Source: Lachnospiraceae bacterium | Lineage (GTDB): Bacteria; Bacillota; Clostridia; Lachnospirales; Lachnospiraceae | DNA: 64,000 bases | Direction: 5' to 3' | Assembly (NCBI GenBank): GCA_022510665.1 | Contig: JAFLSZ010000002.1 | Coordinates: 5,676-69,675 of the forward strand | Part shown: piece after piece, positions 57,241-64,000 of the stretch | Layout of the letters: each line of letters starts with the position of its first letter | Numbering within the stretch: position 1 is the stretch's first letter | Translations under genes and position numbers: made by a program | The notes under the pieces: generated by a model | What the model was told of the DNA's origin: nothing | What the model saw: only the letters and a program-made list of their open reading frames with translations | Databases searched by the model: none

Positions 57241-58913
57241 TCCCCCGTTGTCAAAAAATGCTCCGCCGACGACTCGGCATGTTCCGTCACTTCCTCCGGA
57301 TACCCTAACATCCGCAGTAATTTAATCGCGTTTCGTGAAACCGCCCGTCCTTTTCGCAGAACATAATCAAATTTTACGCAGTCGTCCGTTACCGTTTCTT
57401 CAAAATGATAGTTGTCGCAGACCTGTTCCAGCAGATACGTTAATTCAATATCATGGGTCGCCGAAAAACAAATGGTTCGTCCGCCCGCAAGCCCCGCGAG
57501 TACCTCCCTCGATGCCGCAATCCGTTCTACAGTATTAGTACCGCGTAATACCTCATCAACAAAACAAAGCGTACAAACCGGCGCCTGTGCGGCCTCGTAT
57601 ATGCGCTTTAAAGACTTGATTTCCACGATAAAATAACTTTCACTGCCCTGCATATTATCTCGCAGCGCCATAGAAGAAAGAATCTGAAAATAAGATGCCC
57701 GGTAACTTTTCGCCGCCGCCGTATGAACCGTCTGGGAAAGCAGGGCGTTTACCGCGGCCGCCTTTAAAAAGGTGGACTTTCCGGAAGCGTTGGAGCCGGT
57801 GAGCAGCACGCTTCTTTTGGCAAAAATCGTATTTTTTACCGGCTTTTCCAAAAGCGGATGGTACATCTCCTCGGCTTCATAAACCGGAATACTGCCTTCG
57901 ACCAATTCGGGCACGCAGTATTCCCCCGTTCCGAGAAACGCACGAAAAGAAGCCGCCGCGCAGAGAGCGTCCAGATAGCCCGCCGTTTCATATAACTGCT
58001 TTAATTCTTCCGAATGACGGTCATATATCTTTAACATGGAATTAAATTTAATCAAATCCAAGTGAAGCAGCATACGTAAATAAGTCATAAACAAATCCAT
58101 AAAATCTCCGGTAGGCTTTCTGCTTCCCACAATCCAAAAATTACGCTTAAAAGAAGCAAAATGACGGTTTAGCATTTTTAAGCGTCCGGTATAGACGGAA
58201 ATTTCAGGAATATCCGACTTCGCGAGGGCTTCACTGGCATACAGAAGACGAATAATATAGGTGGCGGTATTTAAGTACGCTTCCATTTCCGACCTTCGCT
58301 TCATATAGGTGACAAGGTTAAAAACAAGCACGCCGCAGGCGGCAACTACTCCTATGGCAGGCATGAAAAAGGCCAAAACTATCGCAGCCGCCAAAGCGGC
58401 AATAGACAAATAATGGGGTAAATTTGACGCCCGCTTTACATTCTTCATATAGTCCATGCAGGCATACACGGAATGATATTTATTTTTTCCGATCTGATAC
58501 AGAGCCTCCTGCACGGCAATCCGGCTTTCCTCGTTATTTAAAAAGAAAGAAATCAGGCGTTCTCTCTCTGTTAATTCCCCGGTATCAAATTCCGGCTTGC
58601 GGAGCATGGAATACAGATATTCTTCCCCCACCGCGCTCACGGTACGGTTTAAAACCATAAAAAGCTCCTCTAATTCCAAATCATTCCATGTAATATCATC
58701 AATATCATAGGCCGGGCGGCGCACTGCCTCAAAATAACTCTTTAAAGACGATAACTTCTCCTCGGAATAAGTTTCGTCGGAAACGGTCCCGAACTGATTT
58801 CGAAGCTGCTGCCGTACCTTTTTTTTATAATTTAATTTATCATAACATCCTTTCGCAGACAAAGCCAAAAGGATGACTGCCGCAAACACAATATATTCCA
58901 TATGTTTCCTCAT
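57231..58913 (-). CDS. Membrane-anchored MutS-family ATPase paralog (domain V only; no mismatch-binding domain)
   Basis: Walker A 'GSNASGKST', 'FVDEVLRGTN' and 'SATHD'. Hydrophobic segments at the N-terminus and around 'LSIAALAAAIVLAFFMPAIGVVAACGVLVF'. Confidence 0.8.
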   Translation of the reverse strand: MRKHMEYIVFAAVILLALSAKGCYDKLNYKKKVRQQLRNQFGTVSDETYSEEKLSSLKSYFEAVRRPAYDIDDITWNDLELEELFMVLNRTVSAVGEEYLYSMLRKPEFDTGELTERERLISFFLNNEESRIAVQEALYQIGKNKYHSVYACMDYMKNVKRASNLPHYLSIAALAAAIVLAFFMPAIGVVAACGVLVFNLVTYMKRRSEMEAYLNTATYIIRLLYASEALAKSDIPEISVYTGRLKMLNRHFASFKRNFWIVGSRKPTGDFMDLFMTYLRMLLHLDLIKFNSMLKIYDRHSEELKQLYETAGYLDALCAAASFRAFLGTGEYCVPELVEGSIPVYEAEEMYHPLLEKPVKNTIFAKRSVLLTGSNASGKSTFLKAAAVNALLSQTVHTAAAKSYRASYFQILSSMALRDNMQGSESYFIVEIKSLKRIYEAAQAPVCTLCFVDEVLRGTNTVERIAASREVLAGLAGGRTICFSATHDIELTYLLEQVCDNYHFEETVTDDCVKFDYVLRKGRAVSRNAIKLLRMLGYPEEVTEHAESSAEHFLTTGEWQ

Positions 58914-58938
58914 TATTTTGGATTTTTATACAAGATAA

Positions 58939-58967
58939 AGTATAGCCGCAGCGATTGGAAAAGTCAA
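58939..58967 (-). promoter_or_regulatory. Sigma-A promoter of the MutS-paralog/rnhA/mutS/mutL unit
   Basis: On the minus strand: TTGACT (58967-58962), 17 nt, TATACT (58944-58939). Confidence 0.6.
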
Positions 58968-58999
58968 GAAATAATTTTCTGTCTCATTTCCCAAAATAT

Positions 59000-59033
59000 A
59001 AAAAACCGCGCATCACACACTGTATGATGCGCG
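59000..59033 (-). terminator. Rho-independent terminator of the NlpC/P60 gene
   Basis: On the minus strand: CCGCGCATCA-loop-TGATGCGCGG followed by TTTTTT. Confidence 0.8.
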
Positions 59034-59057
59034 GAATAAGCCACATACCCTATTTTA

Positions 59058-60143
59058 TCAATCCCAGATAACTCTCGCGTATTTATATACGGTACGATAG
59101 TTCACGTTGGAGATTTCTACTCCGTTGTTCGCATGAATAATCTTTCCGTTGCCGATATAGATTGCCACATGGTCAACTACTCCGGTTCTTAAATTATGGT
59201 AAAATACCAAGTCACCGGCCTTTGCCTCCGAAGCGGAAATCTTCGTGTATTTACTTGCCATATCTCTGGAAACACGCGGCATATTTGCACCGTAACCGAA
59301 CTGAGTAAACACCTGCTTAACAAAGCCGGAACAGTCAACGCCCTTTGTCAGGCTGTTACCGCCCCAGACATACGGCGTACCAAGGTACTTCATCGCAAAA
59401 TCAATCATGTTGGTACGAAGCTGGGAAACCCCGTTACCGTAACTGCTGCTCTCCACAGCTTCTTTATACTTGTATGCAACCGTAACATACTCCGCGCTGA
59501 CATAGGCCTGCGCGTTTTCCTCCGTATCCGTGTTCCATTCAATCTGAACAAAAGTCTTGGCCTCCGGATCGTTTTTGCTGATTACGATCTCTTTTAACAC
59601 CTTAAAACTCTCTCCGCCGCTGACCTTTGCGATAATGTTGTCTTCGGTAGTATCCGGTGCGGAACGCACGTTTAAATTCTTAATACCGCTCCGCACGGTA
59701 GCCGTTACCGTTCCGAGACTTTCCGCAAGCGCTGCCGCTTCTTCCCCCATAATGAGGTACTCCGTGGTACAGTAACCGCTTACTTTACCGGACTTGATTT
59801 TCGCCCAGCCATTCTCCACAGACTCTACAATACAGTAGGCATTTTTACCGAGCTGGCCGATGCGGGCATAGTTCGTACTTGGACCGGTTCTTACATTTAA
59901 AGAAGTTGTAACATCGGCAAACGCAATCCCCTCCGGTATTTCTACCTTAGAGAAAAGCTCCGTCATATCTTCTGACGATTTTTCTACAGCATTCGAAAAA
60001 AAATCACTGGACACAAGAGAAAAGCCGCCAAGTGCATTGCCGCCTGTAACAATCCCGGCATGTGCCGTTTCTACCGCTCCTATAGAAGAAATCACAGCGC
60101 CCAATAACAGCGCACATGACAGCTTCGTTTTTATTTTCATCAA
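59058..60143 (-). CDS. Secreted NlpC/P60 (C40) peptidoglycan endopeptidase with SH3-like domains
   Basis: Signal peptide. Two 'LNVR.GP/AP...' SH3b-like modules. Catalytic 'DCSGFV' Cys and 'HVAIYIG' His. Confidence 0.88.
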   Translation of the reverse strand: MMKIKTKLSCALLLGAVISSIGAVETAHAGIVTGGNALGGFSLVSSDFFSNAVEKSSEDMTELFSKVEIPEGIAFADVTTSLNVRTGPSTNYARIGQLGKNAYCIVESVENGWAKIKSGKVSGYCTTEYLIMGEEAAALAESLGTVTATVRSGIKNLNVRSAPDTTEDNIIAKVSGGESFKVLKEIVISKNDPEAKTFVQIEWNTDTEENAQAYVSAEYVTVAYKYKEAVESSSYGNGVSQLRTNMIDFAMKYLGTPYVWGGNSLTKGVDCSGFVKQVFTQFGYGANMPRVSRDMASKYTKISASEAKAGDLVFYHNLRTGVVDHVAIYIGNGKIIHANNGVEISNVNYRTVYKYARVIWD

Positions 60144-60230
60144 AATGTACCTCCAACAAGCATGTTCTATCCAAATGTTACATATTATTATATATTGTTA
60201 CAAAAGTATTAAATTTTGTTACGTATCCTA

Positions 60231-60259
60231 ATTATATCAGGGCTGCTTGTTTTTGTCAA
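60231..60259 (-). promoter_or_regulatory. Perfect-consensus sigma-A promoter of the NlpC/P60 gene
   Basis: On the minus strand: TTGACA (60259-60254), 17 nt, TATAAT (60236-60231). Confidence 0.7.
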
Positions 60260-60320
60260 TATTGTGGCAAAACTTTTTTTGATTTTTTGGTTCTTTTGTT
60301 ATTTTTGCTAAAAAACTATT

Positions 60321-61796
60321 TTAAATAATAAAACAAATAATTCCTCCGTTGCTGTCATTGATAATTTTTTCGATTGATTCCTGCAGTTTCATCTGACATT
60401 CCTCGTTAATATTTCCGATTTTGGCGTTTACTCCTTCCTCTACCAGTTTATCTACGGTCTTTCCGAAGATATTCGCGGTACGAATGCCGTCTTCTCCGTT
60501 TTCTTCCTGTTCTTTCATATAAGAAATCAAATCTTTTGCCTGTTCTTCGCTTCCTACAATCGGCGCGATTTCCGTTACAATATCCGCCTGTATCATATGA
60601 ACCGAAGGTGCCGTCGCACGGATTTTTACGCCGTATTTTCCGCCCTGTTTAATGAGTTCCGGCGCGGAAAGCTTCAACTGCGAAGCCTCCGGCAGTACCA
60701 CGCCATACCCTTTATTTACCACCTCCTCACACGCCGCCGCTACTTTTTCATATTCGCCGCGCCGTTTCGCGAGTTCTCTTAATACCTGATAAAAGCGGTA
60801 TTCGCCGTTTACTTCACATCCCATCAGCTCACTTAACATATGATAATAGTGGTCTTTTCTCGGCTCCATTTTGTATTCCACTCTGCCGTTTTCCATATGT
60901 ATCGCCGATGCGGCAATCCGGTCAAAATAAACTCCCGGCGGAAGCTCCCTCTGTTCCCTGACATCCCGCATTCTTCTTCCCCGCAGCATAAGCTCTTTCG
61001 CATGCTCCATTGCTTCTTTTTTAATTTCATTCGTATTATCCAGCAATTCCACCCATTTCGGCAGATGGAATACCATCTCCGTTACCGGAAACGCCGCCAG
61101 CAGTTCTTCCAAAATATGAAGAAGCTCTGTTTTTCCAAGCTTTGTACAATCCGTCGGTATTACGGTTACGTCATACTGCTCCGCCAGTTCTTTTGCCAAA
61201 GCCTCCGTTTCCGGAGCGCGCGGTCTTGCGGAATTTAACAATACCACAAACGGCTTTCCGAGACGCTTCAATTCATTAATGGTACGTTCTTCCGGAGCGG
61301 CGTAATTTTCCCTTGTCAGTTCGCCGAAGCTTCCGTCTGCGGTTACTAATACGCCTACCGTGGAATGTTCTTTAATTACTTTCCCCGTGCCGATTTCCGC
61401 CGCCTTCGTAAACGGCAGTTCCATATCCGACCACGGTGTCTTTACCATACGTTCCTTTTCGCCTTCCATATGTCCCGCGGCGCCTTCTACCATATAGCCG
61501 ACACAGTCAATCAGACGAAGTTTTACGTTTGTTCCGTCTGCGAACTCAATATTGGCGGCTTCCTTCGGAATAAATTTCGGCTCCGTTGTCATAATCGTGC
61601 GTCCCTGCGCCGACTGCGGCAGTTCGTCCACTGCCCGTACTTTTTCTGCCTCCTCGGTAATGACCGGAAGTACAATTTCATCCATGAAATGTTTGATAAA
61701 GGTAGATTTTCCGGTTCTGACCGGGCCTACCACGCCTATGTAGATTTCGCCGCCGGTACGCAGCTTCATATCCTTGTATAAATCAAACGTTTCCAT
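60321..61796 (-). CDS. spoIVA: Stage IV sporulation protein A (spore-coat basement-layer ATPase)
   Basis: 'IYIGVVGPVRTGKSTFIK' Walker A. 491 aa with full-length similarity to SpoIVA. Conserved der-gpsA-spoIVA neighbourhood. Confidence 0.93.
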   Translation of the reverse strand: METFDLYKDMKLRTGGEIYIGVVGPVRTGKSTFIKHFMDEIVLPVITEEAEKVRAVDELPQSAQGRTIMTTEPKFIPKEAANIEFADGTNVKLRLIDCVGYMVEGAAGHMEGEKERMVKTPWSDMELPFTKAAEIGTGKVIKEHSTVGVLVTADGSFGELTRENYAAPEERTINELKRLGKPFVVLLNSARPRAPETEALAKELAEQYDVTVIPTDCTKLGKTELLHILEELLAAFPVTEMVFHLPKWVELLDNTNEIKKEAMEHAKELMLRGRRMRDVREQRELPPGVYFDRIAASAIHMENGRVEYKMEPRKDHYYHMLSELMGCEVNGEYRFYQVLRELAKRRGEYEKVAAACEEVVNKGYGVVLPEASQLKLSAPELIKQGGKYGVKIRATAPSVHMIQADIVTEIAPIVGSEEQAKDLISYMKEQEENGEDGIRTANIFGKTVDKLVEEGVNAKIGNINEECQMKLQESIEKIINDSNGGIICFII

Positions 61797-61849
61797 AGAA
61801 TATCCCCCTTGTATATGCTGATTACAGTATATGCCAAGGGGGAGCCGTA

Positions 61850-62863
61850 TTATTCCCAGTTTAGGGAACTATATTCTTTTGCCCTTTCACGGACAAGTAA
61901 ATCCGAAAGCGCTTCCTTTGCCGACTTTCCGCGAAACAGCACTTCATTGACCTGTTCTACAATCGGCATCTCAATCCGGTATTTGGCTGCTAACGCCAAT
62001 GCCGCCTGTGCGGAATTTACACCCTCGATTACCTGACCGACCTCTTTCTTTGCTTCTTCTAAGGTACTTCCCTTTCCGAGAAGATACCCCGCGTTATGAT
62101 TCCTGCTGTGACGGCTCGTACAGGTAACAATCAGGTCACCGATACCGGAAAGCCCCGCAAACGTTTCATACTGCGCGCCCATTGCCTCTCCGAGTCTTGC
62201 GATTTCCACAATGCCGCGGGTAATCAGCGCCGCTTTCGTATTATCGCCGAACCCGAGTCCGTCGATAATTCCCGCCGCCAGAGCGATTACGTTCTTTAAC
62301 GCGCCGCCCAGTTCAATTCCCATCACATCCGGACTTGTATAAACCCGGAAATACTTATTCATAAAAATATCCTGAACAAACAATGCCGTTTCCTTTGTTG
62401 CAGCCCCCGCGACAACCGTTGTCGGAATCTGTCTGCATACTTCCTCCGCATGGCTCGGTCCGGAGAGAACCGCTGCTCGTGCCTGCGGAATCTCCTGAGA
62501 AATAATATCCGTCATCGTATAAAGGGTTCCGTTTTCGATTCCCTTGGAAGCATTCACAATCACCGTGCCCTCTTTCACATACGGTGCAACGGCTTTTGCA
62601 ACCTCCCGCACCCCCGTCGAAGCCGACGACATTATAATCAGGTCGGTGTCTTCATCTACCGCTTCCGCAATATCGTTGGTTATTTTAACCCCTTCCGGAA
62701 AAACCGCTCCGGGCAGGTTCTTTATCACGCTCCTGTCGGCTAAAAGAGGGTCTGTTTCCTCCTTAAACTTTGACCAAAGTGTTACTTTGTGTCCGTTTCC
62801 GGCAAGCAGTATCGTAAGAGAAATCCCCCATGTACCCGCACATAATACTGTAACTTTCTTCAT
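61850..62863 (-). CDS. gpsA: NAD(P)H-dependent glycerol-3-phosphate dehydrogenase
   Basis: 'VTVLCAGTWG' Rossmann fold and 'GALKNVIALAAG'. Confidence 0.93.
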   Translation of the reverse strand: MKKVTVLCAGTWGISLTILLAGNGHKVTLWSKFKEETDPLLADRSVIKNLPGAVFPEGVKITNDIAEAVDEDTDLIIMSSASTGVREVAKAVAPYVKEGTVIVNASKGIENGTLYTMTDIISQEIPQARAAVLSGPSHAEEVCRQIPTTVVAGAATKETALFVQDIFMNKYFRVYTSPDVMGIELGGALKNVIALAAGIIDGLGFGDNTKAALITRGIVEIARLGEAMGAQYETFAGLSGIGDLIVTCTSRHSRNHNAGYLLGKGSTLEEAKKEVGQVIEGVNSAQAALALAAKYRIEMPIVEQVNEVLFRGKSAKEALSDLLVRERAKEYSSLNWE

Positions 62864-62901
62864 ACCGTCTACCTTACGCGCGTTAAAGCGCGGCCCCTTT
62901 C

Positions 62902-63549
62902 TTACTTTTCTTTCTTCTCGGTTTCCTGAACCGGTATCTGCGCTTTTTTCCCGATTTTATTTTCGGTTCCTTTTAAAAGCCGTTTGATATTTTCCCTGTG
63001 GGTATAAAACGCCAGTACCGCGAACACCATACTGACACAAAGCATATGCAGGTTTCCCGGTCTTGTGAACGCGACCCAGACAACAAACTCAACTTCCATC
63101 ACCAGAGAACCCAGAGAAACATAGCGCGTAATCAGCACGATTACCAAAAAAGTCAAAACACATATCAGGAAAATCTTCCAGTCAAACGTAAGAATCGTAC
63201 CGACTAAAACCGCGATTCCCTTTCCGCCTTTAAAATGCAGATAAAACGGGAAATTATGCCCGAGCACCGCCCCCAGCGCGGTATAAAGTCCAAGCAGTTC
63301 CGTATAGGACAATCCCTTAAATAAGACCAGTTTTACAAACAATACCGGCAGCACACATTTTAACACATCTCCCAATAACGTAATGAGCGCCGCCTTTTTT
63401 CCGAGTGTACGGAGCGCATTCGTTGTCCCTACATTTCCGCTTCCGTATTTTCTGATGTCAACGTGCCGCTTCTTTCCTACAAAATAACCGGTTGAAAAAC
63501 AACCGAACCCGTACCCTATTAAAAGACAAATTATAATCCGCCAAATCAT
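62902..63549 (-). CDS. plsY: Glycerol-3-phosphate acyltransferase PlsY
   Basis: 'GSGNVGTTN' and 'HNFPFYLHFKGGKG'. Confidence 0.93.
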   Translation of the reverse strand: MIWRIIICLLIGYGFGCFSTGYFVGKKRHVDIRKYGSGNVGTTNALRTLGKKAALITLLGDVLKCVLPVLFVKLVLFKGLSYTELLGLYTALGAVLGHNFPFYLHFKGGKGIAVLVGTILTFDWKIFLICVLTFLVIVLITRYVSLGSLVMEVEFVVWVAFTRPGNLHMLCVSMVFAVLAFYTHRENIKRLLKGTENKIGKKAQIPVQETEKKEK

Positions 63550-63573
63550 ATTGCTTATCCTGCCATTTCCAAT

Positions 63574-64000
63574 TTACTTTGTTTCCGAGCGTTCCCTGAT
63601 AATAAACTTTAAGGAAGTCCCGTTAAATCCGAACGCTTCCCGCACTTTGTTCTCGATATAGCGCTGGTACGAAAAGTGCATCAATTCTTTGTCGTTTACA
63701 AAAATGACAAAGGTCGGCGGTCCTACTGCCACCTGCGTCATAAAGAAAATTTTCAGACGCTTTCCCTTGTCCGACGGCGGCTGCTGTAAAGAAGTCGCCT
63801 CCATCAGAATTTCGTTTAACACACCTGTCGCGATACGGAGCGTCCGGCTCTGGATTACCATGTCAATCCGCTCAAAAAGCTTCGTAATGCGCTGGCCCGT
63901 TACCGCGGAAATAAACAAAATATCCGCATACGGAATAAAGGAAAGGATTTCACGGATGCGCTCCGTCTGGCGGTAAATCGTTTTATCGTCCTTATCTTCC
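63574..64000 (-). CDS. der: GTPase Der/EngA, C-terminal part; 5' end lies outside the window
   Basis: The frame stays open to the window edge ('...ERIREILSFIPYADILFISAVTGQRITKLF'), and a KH-like C-terminus is present. Confidence 0.88.
   Translation of the reverse strand, partial: EDKDDKTIYRQTERIREILSFIPYADILFISAVTGQRITKLFERIDMVIQSRTLRIATGVLNEILMEATSLQQPPSDKGKRLKIFFMTQVAVGPPTFVIFVNDKELMHFSYQRYIENKVREAFGFNGTSLKFIIRERSETK

Noticed and set aside
60144-60230. Possible c-di-AMP (ydaO-type) riboswitch or canonical WalR box upstream of the NlpC/P60 gene.
   Set aside because: The leader is only about 85 nt, very AT-rich and lacks the paired GC-rich pseudo-symmetric helices of ydaO. TGTAAC hexamers are present, but not with the 5-nt WalR spacing.
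61803-61843. Sigma-E type promoter (CATATACA elements) inside the hairpin loop upstream of spoIVA.
   Set aside because: The two CATATAC repeats are only about 9 nt apart, and the second lies about 14 nt from the ATG. That would leave no room for a transcribed SD.
1-64000. Search for CRISPR arrays, tRNA/rRNA genes, IS elements or transposases, and prophage structural genes.
   Set aside because: The longest non-coding gaps are about 150-210 bp, and promoters or leaders account for them. No spaced direct-repeat arrays, cloverleaf-like sequences or transposase-like ORFs were seen.

Overview
This 64 kb window looks like core chromosome from a spore-forming Firmicute of class Clostridia. The gene order (minCDE-rodA-mgsA, mutS-mutL-miaA, der-plsY-gpsA-spoIVA, rplU-prp-rpmA-obg) matches Clostridium/Lachnospiraceae-type genomes. 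It is densely coding, with about 60 CDS. I found no rRNA, tRNA, CRISPR array, transposase or IS element.

Main blocks:
- 1-5.9 kb: DD-carboxypeptidases, scpAB and a SulP transporter.
- 6-10 kb: a SWIM/SNF2 helicase.
- 10.4-14.4 kb: a radical-SAM pair plus RNase G.
- 16-20.5 kb: rplU-prp-rpmA-obg-yhbY-nadD/yqeK-rsfS.
- 20.6-21.8 kb: lexA divergent from a LysM/YneA-like gene, with a dense array of LexA-box-like motifs between them.
- 21.8-23.9 kb: a visibly AT-richer three-gene cassette (HD hydrolase, unknown protein, GNAT).
- 24.8-29.1 kb: cell-wall enzymes.
- 29.2-32 kb: a Xer-like recombinase, an orphan BlaI-family repressor and an AAA/DUF4143 ATPase.
- 30.8-58.9 kb: about 28 kb of co-directional minus-strand genes covering morphogenesis and division (radC-mreBCD-pbp2-minCDE-rodA-mgsA-dac-ylmE-sepF-ylmH-divIVA) and mismatch repair (MutS paralog-rnhA-mutS-mutL-miaA).
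- 59-64 kb: NlpC/P60, spoIVA, gpsA, plsY and a partial der.

I cannot point to an unambiguous new system. The best candidates for follow-up are:
- the translationally coupled operon of a membrane-anchored MutS paralog, RNase HI, MutS and MutL;
- the AT-rich HD/unknown/GNAT cassette, which has a consensus promoter and an 18-codon upstream ORF;
- the multi-operator SOS node controlling a YneA-like gene;
- the recombinase/BlaI/AAA-ATPase patch.

All calls come from reading the ORF translations and the sequence. No database search was run.
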